A DNA stretch of 64,000 bases from assembly GCA_902592655.1 (NCBI GenBank), contig CACJFE010000005.1, positions 10,726 to 74,725 on the forward strand. Reading direction: 5' to 3'. Origin of the DNA: an uncultured Pelagibacteraceae bacterium. Lineage in GTDB: Bacteria > Pseudomonadota > Alphaproteobacteria > Pelagibacterales > Pelagibacteraceae. The position numbers and the translations under genes were made by a program. The notes beneath the pieces are model-generated. The model saw only the letters and a program-made list of their open reading frames with translations. It had not been told where the DNA came from and made no database searches. Shown here piece after piece: positions 9,513-19,981 of this stretch; the first letter of the stretch is position 1, and each line of letters starts with the position of its first letter.

Positions 9513-11900
9513 TTAATGTCTGCTTGTAACTTCAGATTTCGCGCCTTTAACTTTTTTAACATTGTCCATGTCAACCCAATCCACTCTTTTTAAAGGTTTA
9601 GTAAGAGCAATTTTTAAAACTTCATCAACATTTTTAACAGTGATTATTTCTATTGAGTCTAAAACAGTTTTAGGAACTTCAATCAAATCTTTTTTATTTT
9701 CAATTGGTATTAATACTTTTTTAATACCTGCTCTATGTGCAGCTAGTAATTTTTCTTTTAACCCACCTATAGGTAAAACTAAACCTCTTAAAGTTATCTC
9801 TCCTGTCATTGCTACGTTTTTATCTACTGGAATTTCAGTGATTGCCGAGATTATTGATGTTACCATTCCTACACCAGCTGAAGGACCATCTTTAGGAGTA
9901 GCTCCCTCGGGAACATGTATATGAAAATCTTTTTTATCAAATATAGGGGGTATAATTCCAAATTCTAAACTTTTGGATCTAATATACGATTTAGCAGCTT
10001 TTACTGACTCTTGCATTACATCTCCAAGTTTACCAGTAATTTGCATTTTTCCTTTTCCGGGCATAATCACAGACTCTATTTTTAAAATTTCTCCACCAAC
10101 TTCTGTCCATGCAAGCCCTGTTACTACTCCCACTCTGTTCTCTTCTTCTATCTCTCCGTAATTAAACTTTTGAACCCCTAATAATTCTTTTAAATCTTTA
10201 TCGTTGATAGGATTATTAATTTTTTCTTTATTATCTATTTTTTTAACCAATTTTCTTGCAATTTTAGATATTTCTCTTTCTAAATTTCTAACACCAGACT
10301 CTCTTGTATAGTGTCTTACAATTTTTCTTATAATGTCTTCATCTATATTCCATTCTTCTTTTTTCAAACCATTATTATTACTCTGATTGGGTATAAGGAA
10401 CTTTTGAGATATATTCACTTTTTCATCTTCTGTGTAACCTGATAATCTTATTACTTCCATTCTATCAAGAAGTGGTGGTAGAATGTTAAGAGTGTTTGCA
10501 GTTGTTACAAACATCACATCTGATAAATCATAATCAACTTCTAGATAATGATCGTTAAATTCTTTATTTTGTTCAGGATCTAATGCTTCTAAAAGTGCTG
10601 AAGAAGGATCTCCTCTGTAATCTGTTCCAACTTTGTCTATTTCATCCAATAGAAAAAGTGGATTTTTAGTACCAGCTTTTTTCATCATTTGAATTATTTT
10701 TCCTGGTAATGAACCTATATAAGTTCTTCTATGACCTCTAATCTCAGCCTCATCTCTAATTCCACCTAAAGAGATTCTTATAAATTTTCTGTTAGTGGCT
10801 TTGGCTATTGATTTACCAAGAGATGTTTTACCAACACCTGGAGGACCTACTAAACATAATATCGGGCCTTTCATTTTTTGAATTCTTTTCTGTACTGCTA
10901 AAAATTCTATAATTCTTTCTTTAACTTTTTCTAAGCCATAGTGATCTTCATCTAAAATTTTTTGAGCGTTATTTAAATCAGTATTAATTTTTGATTTGTT
11001 TGACCATGGTAATTCTGTCATCCAATCTAAATAATTTCTTACCACTGTCGCTTCGGCAGACATAGGGCTCATTGATTTTAATTTTTTTAATTCAGATAGA
11101 CATTTATCTTTTGCTAGCTTTGGCATTTTAGCCTCGGAAATAGCTTTAGATAAATTGCCTAGTTCATCCTTACCTTCGTCAATTTCTCCAAGTTCTTTTT
11201 GAATAGCTTTTAGTTGCTCATTAAGATAATACTCTCTTTGAGTTTTTTCCATTTGATTTTTAACCCTGCCTCTAATTTTCTTTTCTACTGAAATGACGCT
11301 TGTTTCTTTTTCAATAAAAGAGTGAATTTTCTCTAATCTTTTTTTAAGGTCTGTTATTTCTAATAATTCCTGCTTCTCAAAAATTTGAATGTTAAGATTT
11401 GCAGATATATTGTGAGCGATCTGTGAGGGATCTTTTAGTTTTTTGACATTATTTGAGCTATCGTTCAAATCTTTTTTATTTAAAACTTGTAATCTTTCAA
11501 ATTTTTTTACCAGACCTAAAGCTAGTTGATCCAAATCTTTTGATATATTTGTATCTTCTGCGACTTCAACTTCACAGGTTAAGTAATTGTCAGAACTTTC
11601 ATTAAATTTTTGAACTTTAACTCTTTTATCGCCCTCTACTAAAACTTTTACTGTTCCGTCAGGTAATTTTAATAATTGTAAAATTTTACTTAAGCAACCA
11701 AACTGAAATAAATCTTTACTAGTAGGATCATCTACTTCTGAGTTTTTTTGGGTCACTAAAATTATTGATTTGTCCGACTTCATAGCTTCTTGTAAAGCTT
11801 TAATTGATCTATCTCTTCCAACAAAAAGTGGAACTATCATAGAAGGAAATATCACTATGTCTCTTAATGGTAAAAGTGGTTTTACGTAAGTTGTCTTCAT
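9513..11900 (-). CDS. lon: ATP-dependent protease La
   Basis: PLLPLRD, GPPGVGKTS, PKDGPSAG, GGLKEK. ATG at 11900 preferred over the TTG at 11918. Confidence 0.98.
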   Translation of the reverse strand: MKTTYVKPLLPLRDIVIFPSMIVPLFVGRDRSIKALQEAMKSDKSIILVTQKNSEVDDPTSKDLFQFGCLSKILQLLKLPDGTVKVLVEGDKRVKVQKFNESSDNYLTCEVEVAEDTNISKDLDQLALGLVKKFERLQVLNKKDLNDSSNNVKKLKDPSQIAHNISANLNIQIFEKQELLEITDLKKRLEKIHSFIEKETSVISVEKKIRGRVKNQMEKTQREYYLNEQLKAIQKELGEIDEGKDELGNLSKAISEAKMPKLAKDKCLSELKKLKSMSPMSAEATVVRNYLDWMTELPWSNKSKINTDLNNAQKILDEDHYGLEKVKERIIEFLAVQKRIQKMKGPILCLVGPPGVGKTSLGKSIAKATNRKFIRISLGGIRDEAEIRGHRRTYIGSLPGKIIQMMKKAGTKNPLFLLDEIDKVGTDYRGDPSSALLEALDPEQNKEFNDHYLEVDYDLSDVMFVTTANTLNILPPLLDRMEVIRLSGYTEDEKVNISQKFLIPNQSNNNGLKKEEWNIDEDIIRKIVRHYTRESGVRNLEREISKIARKLVKKIDNKEKINNPINDKDLKELLGVQKFNYGEIEEENRVGVVTGLAWTEVGGEILKIESVIMPGKGKMQITGKLGDVMQESVKAAKSYIRSKSLEFGIIPPIFDKKDFHIHVPEGATPKDGPSAGVGMVTSIISAITEIPVDKNVAMTGEITLRGLVLPIGGLKEKLLAAHRAGIKKVLIPIENKKDLIEVPKTVLDSIEIITVKNVDEVLKIALTKPLKRVDWVDMDNVKKVKGAKSEVTSRH

Positions 11901-11908
11901 ACTTACAC

Positions 11909-11937
11909 TATATGGCAATTAATTTGTTAATTTCAAG
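11909..11937 (-). promoter_or_regulatory. Sigma32 (RpoH)-type promoter of lon
   Basis: Minus strand reads CTTGAA-N16-CCATATA, matching the alphaproteobacterial RpoH consensus. lon is a canonical heat-shock gene. Confidence 0.65.
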
Positions 11938-11949
11938 AATAATTTTTTT

Positions 11950-13203
11950 CTACGCTACTGATGTTGATGATTTGTTTCCATATGTCACAATGGGCTCAGA
12001 TTTACCTTTAACAGCAGAACTATCCACAGTAACTTTGATTACATTTTCCATATCTGGTAACTCAAACATAGTTTTTAAAAGAATATTTTCTAAAATAGAT
12101 CTTAATCCTCTTGCTCCTGTTTTTTTACTTATAGCTTTTTTTGCTATTTCAGAAATAGCTTCGTCTTTAAATTCTAATGTCACATCTTCAAATTCAAATA
12201 ATCTTTGATATTGTTTTATTAGAGAATTTTTAGGTTCTTTTAAAATTTTAACTAAAGAACTTTCATTTAAATCATCGAGAGTGGCTATTATAGGCATTCT
12301 TCCAATAAACTCTGGAATTAATCCATATTTAATCAAATCTTCAGGCTCTAAAAGTTTCATTACTTGGGAAAATGTTTGCTCTTTAAAATTTTTTACTTTT
12401 GCTCCAAAGCCAATAGAACTCCCTTTTCCTCTGCTCTCGATTAATTTATCAAGTCCAGCAAAGGCTCCACCACAAATAAATAATATATTTGTTGTGTCTA
12501 CTTGTAAAAATTCTTGTTGTGGGTGTTTTCTTCCTCCTTGTGGAGGAACGCTTGCTACAGTACCTTCCATTATTTTTAATAAGGCTTGTTGTACTCCCTC
12601 ACCTGATACGTCTCTTGTTATAGACGGATTTTCAGATTTTCTACTTATTTTGTCTACCTCATCAATATAAACTATACCCCTTTGGGCTTTGTCAACATTG
12701 TAGTCTGCTGCTTGTAATAATTTTAAAATAATATTTTCTACATCTTCACCAACATAACCTGCTTCTGTCAAAGTTGTTGCGTCGGCCATCGTAAAAGGTA
12801 CATCTAGTATTCTTGCTAATGTTTGAGCTAACAAAGTTTTTCCACATCCTGTTGGACCTACTAATAATATATTAGATTTGGAGAGCTCAATGTCTTTATT
12901 ATTTTTAGTCTCGTGATTTAATCTTTTATAGTGGTTATGTACTGCTACTGAGAGTATCTCTTTAGCAAGTTTTTGACCGATAACATAATCATCCAACACG
13001 TTACAAATTTCTTTTGGTGACGGAACTCCATCTTGATGTTTAACAAGTGAACTTTTGTTTTCTTCTTTAATAATGTCCATGCAAAGTTCAACACATTCAT
13101 CACAAATGAAAACGGTTGGGCCAGCAATCAACTTTCTTACTTCATGCTGACTTTTTCCACAAAAGGAACAATATAAAATATTTTTATTATTTTTTTCAGT
13201 CAT
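11950..13203 (-). CDS. clpX: ATP-dependent Clp protease ATP-binding subunit
   Basis: CSFCGK...ICDECV zinc domain, [21 protein letters not shown] loop. Confidence 0.98.
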   Translation of the reverse strand: MTEKNNKNILYCSFCGKSQHEVRKLIAGPTVFICDECVELCMDIIKEENKSSLVKHQDGVPSPKEICNVLDDYVIGQKLAKEILSVAVHNHYKRLNHETKNNKDIELSKSNILLVGPTGCGKTLLAQTLARILDVPFTMADATTLTEAGYVGEDVENIILKLLQAADYNVDKAQRGIVYIDEVDKISRKSENPSITRDVSGEGVQQALLKIMEGTVASVPPQGGRKHPQQEFLQVDTTNILFICGGAFAGLDKLIESRGKGSSIGFGAKVKNFKEQTFSQVMKLLEPEDLIKYGLIPEFIGRMPIIATLDDLNESSLVKILKEPKNSLIKQYQRLFEFEDVTLEFKDEAISEIAKKAISKKTGARGLRSILENILLKTMFELPDMENVIKVTVDSSAVKGKSEPIVTYGNKSSTSVA

Positions 13204-13221
13204 ATCGAATCAACTTACACT

Positions 13222-13250
13222 ATTATAAATTGCTGGAATTTGCATATCAA
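13222..13250 (-). promoter_or_regulatory. Sigma70-type promoter of clpX
   Basis: Minus strand reads TTGATA-N17-TATAAT in the clpP-clpX spacer. Confidence 0.6.
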
Positions 13251-13283
13251 GTTGAAGTTGTGAACTTGCCTATATATTGTGTT

Positions 13284-13895
13284 TTATTTTCTTTTCTCCA
13301 CAACTGAGTCTATTAAGCCAAATTTTTTAGCCTCTTCGGCAGTCATGAAATTATCTCTCTCTAATGCATCGGATATTTGGTCTACAGATTTTCCAGTATG
13401 TTTAGAATATATTTTATTAAGTCTTTCCTTTAAAGACAAAATTTCTTTAGCATGTATTTGGATATCTGTAGCTTGACCTTGAAATCCAGCAGATGGTTGG
13501 TGCACCATAATTCTAGAATTAGGAAGTGAAAATCTTTTACCTTTCTCGCCAGCAGCTAGTAGAAATGAACCCATTGAAGAAGCTTGACCGATACATAAGG
13601 TTGATACTGGAGAGTTTATATATTGCATTGTATCGTATATTCCTAAACCAGCAGTTACTAATCCCCCAGGGCTATTTATATAAAAATTAATTTCTTTATT
13701 TGGATTTTCGGATTCAAGAAATAATAATTGCGCCGTAACTAAAGAGGCAACTGCATCATTTACTGGGCCTACTAAAAAAACAATTCTCTCTTTAAGTAGT
13801 CTAGAATATATATCATATGCTCTTTCTCCTTTGCTTGTTTGCTCAACAACCATGGGGATTAAACTATTCATTTTTTCTTCTAATTCGCGACTCAT
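13284..13895 (-). CDS. clpP: Clp protease proteolytic subunit
   Basis: [30 protein letters not shown]. Exact start uncertain. Confidence 0.97.
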   Translation of the reverse strand: MSRELEEKMNSLIPMVVEQTSKGERAYDIYSRLLKERIVFLVGPVNDAVASLVTAQLLFLESENPNKEINFYINSPGGLVTAGLGIYDTMQYINSPVSTLCIGQASSMGSFLLAAGEKGKRFSLPNSRIMVHQPSAGFQGQATDIQIHAKEILSLKERLNKIYSKHTGKSVDQISDALERDNFMTAEEAKKFGLIDSVVEKRK

Positions 13896-13917
13896 ATAGA
13901 ATTTATACAACTATTGA

Positions 13918-15291
13918 TTACTTTTTACTAATTTTTTTTGTTTTGGGCTTGTCTTTTGTAGAAGATTTAGTTTTAGATTTAGACTTACTATCTACATTTG
14001 GTTTATTAAAGTTTTTAAGAATTGTTTCTGCCTCTTTGATATCAATTTCTTTGGTTGTGATTTTAATTTTTGATTTAATTAATTCAATTATTTTTTCTTC
14101 ATATAATGAACTTTTTAAATTTTGAGAAGCACTTGGGTTCTTTTGATAATATTCCAATATCATTTTTTCTTGTCCCGGCATACTCTTAACTTGCTTCTGT
14201 ATTTCAGTAGATAAATCGTTATCAGAAACTTTAAGATTATTTTTTTCACCGATCTCGTTTAAAATTAATCCTAATTTTATTCTTGATTTAGCTAATTTTT
14301 CATTTTTTTCTTTTTGTTTTTCTTGATCTTCTGACTTCAAATTTTTTGTCATTAAACTAAGTTCTTGATCAATTAAATTTTTTGGTAAATCTATATTATG
14401 TTTTTTTTCAATTTGTTCTAGAATTTCTTTTTTTGTGATAGAATTAAGTGCTTGTAAATATTGTCCTGAAATTTGTTTTTCAATCTGTATTTTTAAATCA
14501 TTCAAATCTTTAGCTCCCATCATTTTTGCAAAGTTATCATCAATTTTATTTTCTATGCCCTTTCTAATACTTAAAATTTTACATTCAAAATTTGCTAATT
14601 TATTAACTAATTCTTTTTTTGGGTAATTTGAGGGTAAATTAGCTTTTACAATTTTTTTATCATCTTTTTTTAATCCTAACAATTGGTTATCAAAACCATC
14701 TAAGAATAGATTTTTACCTAATTCGATTTGAACTCCTTTTCCCTCGTTGCCTTCAAATTTATCACCGTCGATAGTCGCTTTATAATCAAAAATAATTTGA
14801 TCTCCGATAAGAGACTTTTCATCAACTTTTTTTTCCTCAAATTTTTTATTTTGTTTTGCAATTTCTTCAATTTTATTATCTATAATTTTTTTCTCTATTT
14901 TTATTTTGTAATCAGTAGCTTTAATATTTTCAAATGAACTTAATTTTATTGATGGCAGACAATCAATTTGAAGCTCATAATTTAAATCTTTTCCTTCTCC
15001 AAATTGCTTAAGATCTATTTTTGGTTGTCCAGCAACTTTTAGTTTTTTTTCTTCGATAGCTTTAATAGAAGTTTCTCTTAAAACCTTATCAATTACCTCT
15101 CCGTAAATAGATTTACCAAATTGACTTTTAATTACTGACGGTGGAACTTTTCCAGGTCTAAAACCTTTTAAAGATACTTCTTTTTGTAATTCTGAGAGTC
15201 TTTCTTCCATTTTAGCTTGTATTGTTTTCTTATCAACAATGACTGATAAAATAGTTCTTAAACCTTTTTTTGAATGTAATTCAATTTTCAT
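13918..15291 (-). CDS. tig: Trigger factor
   Basis: GFRPGKVP signature and FKBP-like core. True ATG is at 15291; the ORF-track extension runs into tRNA-Leu. Confidence 0.95.
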   Translation of the reverse strand: MKIELHSKKGLRTILSVIVDKKTIQAKMEERLSELQKEVSLKGFRPGKVPPSVIKSQFGKSIYGEVIDKVLRETSIKAIEEKKLKVAGQPKIDLKQFGEGKDLNYELQIDCLPSIKLSSFENIKATDYKIKIEKKIIDNKIEEIAKQNKKFEEKKVDEKSLIGDQIIFDYKATIDGDKFEGNEGKGVQIELGKNLFLDGFDNQLLGLKKDDKKIVKANLPSNYPKKELVNKLANFECKILSIRKGIENKIDDNFAKMMGAKDLNDLKIQIEKQISGQYLQALNSITKKEILEQIEKKHNIDLPKNLIDQELSLMTKNLKSEDQEKQKEKNEKLAKSRIKLGLILNEIGEKNNLKVSDNDLSTEIQKQVKSMPGQEKMILEYYQKNPSASQNLKSSLYEEKIIELIKSKIKITTKEIDIKEAETILKNFNKPNVDSKSKSKTKSSTKDKPKTKKISKK

Positions 15292-15297
15292 ATTTTT

Positions 15298-15382
15298 TGG
15301 TGGGCAAGAAGAGACTCGAACTCTTAAGCCTTGCGGCACTGGTTTCTAAGACCAGCGCGTATACCAATTCCGCCACTTGCCC
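15298..15382 (-). tRNA. tRNA-Leu(TAG)
   Basis: Reverse complement GGGCAAGTGGCGGAATTGGTATACGCGCTGGTCTTAGAAACCAG, long variable arm, GTTCGAGTC...CTTGCCCACCA. Confidence 0.96.
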
Positions 15383-15411
15383 TTTTATTAATCGTTGATT
15401 TATATAACAAA

Positions 15412-16473
15412 TTAATTTTTTGTTAAACGATAAAGTCTTATATAGGTAACAGTATAAATTAGTAATAAAGCGAAAAACCAATATCTACTCAAAATTGGAT
15501 TATTAATAAAATATAGACCAGGTAATATTAGAATAAAATAACAAAAATTTATCAAAATTGAAGTTAGGTAATTGGCTTTAAGAATTCCATGTTTATGAGA
15601 TATTTTATAAAATAATAACATATGAAGATGTTTTCCATCAGGATGTATCGGAGATTTTTTTTGATATAACTTTCTTAAAAATGAGAAAAAAACTTCAAAA
15701 AATAAATAAAATACAAGTGTACAGAAAAAAAATGATGAAATTTGAGAATTAAAATTATTTGTCAAAATTACATTTAGAGCGATAATTGATCCCATTAAAT
15801 ATGCTCCACCATCACCTAGAAAGATTTTAGCATTTGGAAAATTAAATAATGTAAAGGAAAGTAATATTATGATCTGAGAAATAGATATTATAGCTAGATC
15901 AAAAATATTATTCGTCATATTGATGTAAGTTAAAATTAAATTAATAATAATTAAATTAATTGATAGTAATCCATTAAAGCCGTCAATTAGATTAGCTCCA
16001 TTAATTATGAAAAGAAAACAAAGAAGGACAAAAATGGTTGAAAATAATTTACTCGAAATTAAAAATGATAAAAATTGTATGTCTAAATTAAGTATTTGTA
16101 TTGGTAAAAAATATATGAATATAAAAAGAAACATAACCATAAGCAATAATCTTTCAGACGGTTTAATATTAATTCTTAAGTCATCAATAAAACCAATAAA
16201 AAACATAGAAATTCCTACCAGTAAGTGTCCATATAAAATTTCAGAATAGAGTAAAAAGTAAATTCCATAGAAAATAAACATTGAAATTATGCATGCCAAT
16301 CCACCACTTCTAGTTACTGGAGTTTCATGAAAAGCCTGTGGCTTTTCAAAATTTGAATCTAAAAGTGATCCAGATTTAATCTTGTGAGAATATTTACTTA
16401 TCAAAAGAAAAATAAAAAAAGTTATTAGTGCAAAAACAGAGAGAAAACTTGCTTCTATACTTTCATTTCCCAT
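15412..16473 (-). CDS. MraY/WecA-family polyprenyl-phosphate sugar-1-phosphate transferase (WecA-like)
   Basis: Multi-TM protein with GFIDD, NLIDGFNGL, IFLGDGG and HLH motifs. Confidence 0.88.
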   Translation of the reverse strand: MGNESIEASFLSVFALITFFIFLLISKYSHKIKSGSLLDSNFEKPQAFHETPVTRSGGLACIISMFIFYGIYFLLYSEILYGHLLVGISMFFIGFIDDLRINIKPSERLLLMVMFLFIFIYFLPIQILNLDIQFLSFLISSKLFSTIFVLLCFLFIINGANLIDGFNGLLSINLIIINLILTYINMTNNIFDLAIISISQIIILLSFTLFNFPNAKIFLGDGGAYLMGSIIALNVILTNNFNSQISSFFFCTLVFYLFFEVFFSFLRKLYQKKSPIHPDGKHLHMLLFYKISHKHGILKANYLTSILINFCYFILILPGLYFINNPILSRYWFFALLLIYTVTYIRLYRLTKN

Positions 16474-16474
16474 G

Positions 16475-17362
16475 CTAATTTTTTAATCCTGTGTTATTTC
16501 GTTTAAATATATAGATTCCTAAAAGTATTATAACTAGTGATACAAAAACTTTCCAAGTAATTATCTCATCCATCAAAAAATATCCAAATAAAATTCCAAA
16601 TATAGGAATTAAATATGCTACTTGAGTCTGAAATACCAGTCCATTAACTGTCAAAATTCTGAACCTTATCAACCAAGCTAAGCCGGTAGCTATCGTGCCA
16701 AGATATAATAAAGCTAAAGTTGATACTAGTGACGGGTTCAAGTTCCAGGGCTTTTCAATTAAAATAGAGAAAGGTATTAAAAATATAATTGACCATAATG
16801 TAGTCGACGTAGTTACATTTTCATTTTTTTTATGTTTTAACTTTAAAGTTAAAATTCCTCCTATACAGTAAAAAGTTGACCCTAAAATTGTAATTAACGC
16901 ATAAATGAAATTGTTTTCATTAATAATCACTTTATCAAAAAAAAGTAATATTATACCGCTAAAACCAATTAATACTCCAAGTGATTTAAAAAAAGATAAT
17001 TTTTCATCTTTTAAAAAAAAATGCGCTAGTATTGAACCGCTTAGAGGTGTTGTGCTCATTAATATTGCTGCTAAATAACTATTAATTTTAGCTGTACCGA
17101 TAGCTATTAAAACAAACGGTATTGCAATATTGCACAAACCTATTAAAGCAAACCATTTCCAATTTTTGCAAAAGGCCTCTATTTTAATTTTCTTGTAATG
17201 ACATAAAAGTACCAAAGGTATACTAGCAAAAAATACTCGTATTAAAGCTAGTGTAAAAGGTTCAAAAGAGTAAGTGGCAATTTTTATATTAAAAAAAGAT
17301 GATCCCCATATTACACCTAAAAATATTAATAATGTTAAATCTAAATTGTTAGCTTCTCTCAT
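16475..17362 (-). CDS. EamA/DMT family transporter
   Basis: About 10 TM segments in two EamA repeats; IWGSSF, YLIPIFG...E. Confidence 0.88.
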   Translation of the reverse strand: MREANNLDLTLLIFLGVIWGSSFFNIKIATYSFEPFTLALIRVFFASIPLVLLCHYKKIKIEAFCKNWKWFALIGLCNIAIPFVLIAIGTAKINSYLAAILMSTTPLSGSILAHFFLKDEKLSFFKSLGVLIGFSGIILLFFDKVIINENNFIYALITILGSTFYCIGGILTLKLKHKKNENVTTSTTLWSIIFLIPFSILIEKPWNLNPSLVSTLALLYLGTIATGLAWLIRFRILTVNGLVFQTQVAYLIPIFGILFGYFLMDEIITWKVFVSLVIILLGIYIFKRNNTGLKN

Positions 17363-17495
17363 TTCAATTAATGATTGTATTATGAATTAATTGCATATCT
17401 GATATCAGTTTTTAATTGTTCTTACCAAAAAATTCATTATATATGTTCGCGTCATTATTAAAACTAATACATTTAGTAACTAAAGAGGAGTTTAA

Positions 17496-18902
17496 ATGAG
17501 TTCAAAAAATGTTTTAAAGCTTATGAAAGATAAGCAAGTCGAATTTGTGGATTTAAGATTTACAGATCCGAAAGGTAAGCTACAACATCTAACAATGGAC
17601 GCTACTATTGTTGACGAAGACATGCTTGATAATGGAGTATTTTTTGATGGTTCCTCGATAGCTGGATGGAAAGCAATTAACGAGTCAGACATGATTTTAA
17701 AACCTGACCTTGAAAGACCAATAATAGATCCTTTTAACTCTCACACTACATTAAATATTTTTTGTGATATTTTAGATGCTGTAAAGAAAAATCCATATGA
17801 AAGAGATCCGAGAGGAACAGCGAAAAAAGCTGAAGCATATTTAAAAAAAACAGGCATTGGGGATAAATCGTATTTCGGTCCAGAGCCAGAGTTTTTTGTT
17901 TTTGACGATGTAAGATTTAAAAATGATATGAACGAGACGAGTTTTAGTATCGATAGTTCAGAAGGACCTTATAACACTGGAAAAAAATATGAGAATGGAA
18001 ATATGGGTCACAGACCCGGAATTAAAGGTGGATATTTTCCTGTTCCGCCAGTTGATAGTGCTCAAGATATGAGAGGTGAATATTTAAAAGCTTTAAAAGA
18101 TATGGGAGTTAAAGTTGAAAAACATCATCACGAGGTCGCACCAAGTCAACACGAATTAGGAATGTATTTTGGAACTTTAACGAATCAGGCAGATAACGTG
18201 CAGCTTTACAAGTATGCTGTTCAAATGGTAACTCACTCATTTGGTAAAACAGCTACATTCATGCCTAAACCAGTAAAAGGTGATAACGGATCGGGTATGC
18301 ACTGCCACCAATCAATTTGGAAAGGTAGTACTCCAGTTTTTATGGGTAAAGAATATGCAGGCTTATCAAAGCAGGCACTTTATTATATTGGTGGAATATT
18401 AAAACATGCTAGAGCGATAAATGCTTTTGCTAACGCTACAACAAATAGTTATAAAAGATTAATACCAGGCTTTGAAGCACCTGTAATTTTAGCTTATTCA
18501 GCTAGAAATAGATCAGCTTCTTGCAGAATTCCAGTGATAATGAATCCAAAAGCTGCAAGAATGGAAATAAGATTTCCAGATGCGGCTGGGAACCCATATC
18601 TAACTTTTGCATCCATGTTAATGGCTGGGATCGATGGGATTAAAAATAAAATTGATCCGGGCAAAGCGTTTGATCAAGATTTATATTCACTATCTGAAGA
18701 TGAGGTAAAAAAACTTCCGACAGTTTGTGGCTCTTTAAGAGAAGCTATGCAAAACCTTGATAAAGATAGAAAATTCTTAACTGAAGGTGGTGTATTTACC
18801 GACGATCAAATTGATGCTTACATTGAGTTAAAATTTCAAGAAATTTATAATTTTGAACACACACCTCATCCAATAGAGTTTGAGATGTATTATAGTGGTT
18901 AA
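17496..18902 (+). CDS. glnA: Glutamine synthetase type I
   Basis: [42 protein letters not shown] sequence GAGGAG upstream. Confidence 0.98.
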   Translation: MSSKNVLKLMKDKQVEFVDLRFTDPKGKLQHLTMDATIVDEDMLDNGVFFDGSSIAGWKAINESDMILKPDLERPIIDPFNSHTTLNIFCDILDAVKKNPYERDPRGTAKKAEAYLKKTGIGDKSYFGPEPEFFVFDDVRFKNDMNETSFSIDSSEGPYNTGKKYENGNMGHRPGIKGGYFPVPPVDSAQDMRGEYLKALKDMGVKVEKHHHEVAPSQHELGMYFGTLTNQADNVQLYKYAVQMVTHSFGKTATFMPKPVKGDNGSGMHCHQSIWKGSTPVFMGKEYAGLSKQALYYIGGILKHARAINAFANATTNSYKRLIPGFEAPVILAYSARNRSASCRIPVIMNPKAARMEIRFPDAAGNPYLTFASMLMAGIDGIKNKIDPGKAFDQDLYSLSEDEVKKLPTVCGSLREAMQNLDKDRKFLTEGGVFTDDQIDAYIELKFQEIYNFEHTPHPIEFEMYYSG

Positions 18903-19234
18903 ACCTTAAAAGACTCGCCGCAACCGCAACGCTCAGTTTCGTTGGGATTTTTAAAAATAAATTGTGACGAGAATTTTTCTTGTTTAAAATCCATTTCAGT
19001 GCCCAATAGATATATTATGGCTTTAGGTTCTATAAGAACTTTAACTCCTTTTTCCTCTATCACCTCTTCGTTAGGTTTAATTTCTTTTGCATATTCCATT
19101 ATATAAGACATACCCGCACATCCTCCAGATTTTACTCCAACTCTCACACCGATTGTAGAGCTTTCTGCTTTAGACATAATTTGTTTTATTCTTTTAGCAG
19201 CGTTATCGCTTAATCTTATTATTTGTTCTTTCAT
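18899..19234 (-). CDS. iscA: A-type Fe-S carrier (IscA/SufA/HesB family)
   Basis: GGCAGMSY and CGCGESF. Confidence 0.9.
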   Translation of the reverse strand: MKEQIIRLSDNAAKRIKQIMSKAESSTIGVRVGVKSGGCAGMSYIMEYAKEIKPNEEVIEEKGVKVLIEPKAIIYLLGTEMDFKQEKFSSQFIFKNPNETERCGCGESFKV

Positions 19235-19533
19235 AAATTTAATTCTAATTTAGCTGCCTCTGACATTTTATCTTTTGTCCAAGGAGGATCCCAAACTAAT
19301 TTTAAATCAACATCTTCAATTCCATCAATCTTCAATATATTATCTTTTACAGAATTAGGCAAACTCTCGGCAACTGGACAATTTGGAGAAGTGAGTGTCA
19401 TCTCTATTATTACTCTTTTATCATCTTTAACCTCGATTTTATATATTAAACCTAATTCAAAAATATTAACTGGAATCTCTGGGTCATAAATCTTTTTTAT
19501 TTCAGATATTATTTTTTCTTTCAGGTTACTCAT
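19231..19533 (-). CDS. sufT: SufT/DUF59 Fe-S assembly protein
   Basis: DPEIPVNIFELGLIY, MTLTSPNCP, WDPPW. Confidence 0.9.
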   Translation of the reverse strand: MSNLKEKIISEIKKIYDPEIPVNIFELGLIYKIEVKDDKRVIIEMTLTSPNCPVAESLPNSVKDNILKIDGIEDVDLKLVWDPPWTKDKMSEAAKLELNL

Positions 19534-19537
19534 AAAA

Positions 19538-19981
19538 TTATCTTTTTTTTTCTAAGGCTGACAAAAGTGTATGCCAAGCCATTGTTGCACATTTAATCCG
19601 CATTGGAAATTCTTGAACACCGGATAATGAAGATATAGTTGTTATTTGATCCTCCGTTAAACTATTTAAAGTAATTTTTGATTTAGTTTTTAACATATTC
19701 AAAAAATCATCTGTAACTTTTTTTGAAAATTGTAAATTTCTACCTTTTAAAGTATCTGTTAAAATTGATGCAGATGCTAAAGAAATTGCACAACCTTCAC
19801 CTTCAAAACTTAAACCTGAGATATTATTATCTTTATCCAATTTTAAAAAAATATGAACTTTGTCTCCACAAAGAGGATTATGAGCTTTTGCATCGTGATT
19901 ATATCCTTCGCACTTACCTTTGTTTCTAGGATTTTTTGCGTGATCTAAAATAATTTCTTGATAAAGTTCTTTTAGTTCCAT
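19538..19981 (-). CDS. sufU: SufU-type sulfur-transfer protein
   Basis: LYQEIILDH, NPLCGD, GCAISLAS, long insert, PMRIKCA. Lacks the IscU LPPVK motif. Confidence 0.88.
   Translation of the reverse strand: MELKELYQEIILDHAKNPRNKGKCEGYNHDAKAHNPLCGDKVHIFLKLDKDNNISGLSFEGEGCAISLASASILTDTLKGRNLQFSKKVTDDFLNMLKTKSKITLNSLTEDQITTISSLSGVQEFPMRIKCATMAWHTLLSALEKKR

Noticed and set aside
15281-15481. 66-aa ORF and the N-terminal extension of tig
   Set aside because: Both overlap tRNA-Leu; the real tig start is 15291.
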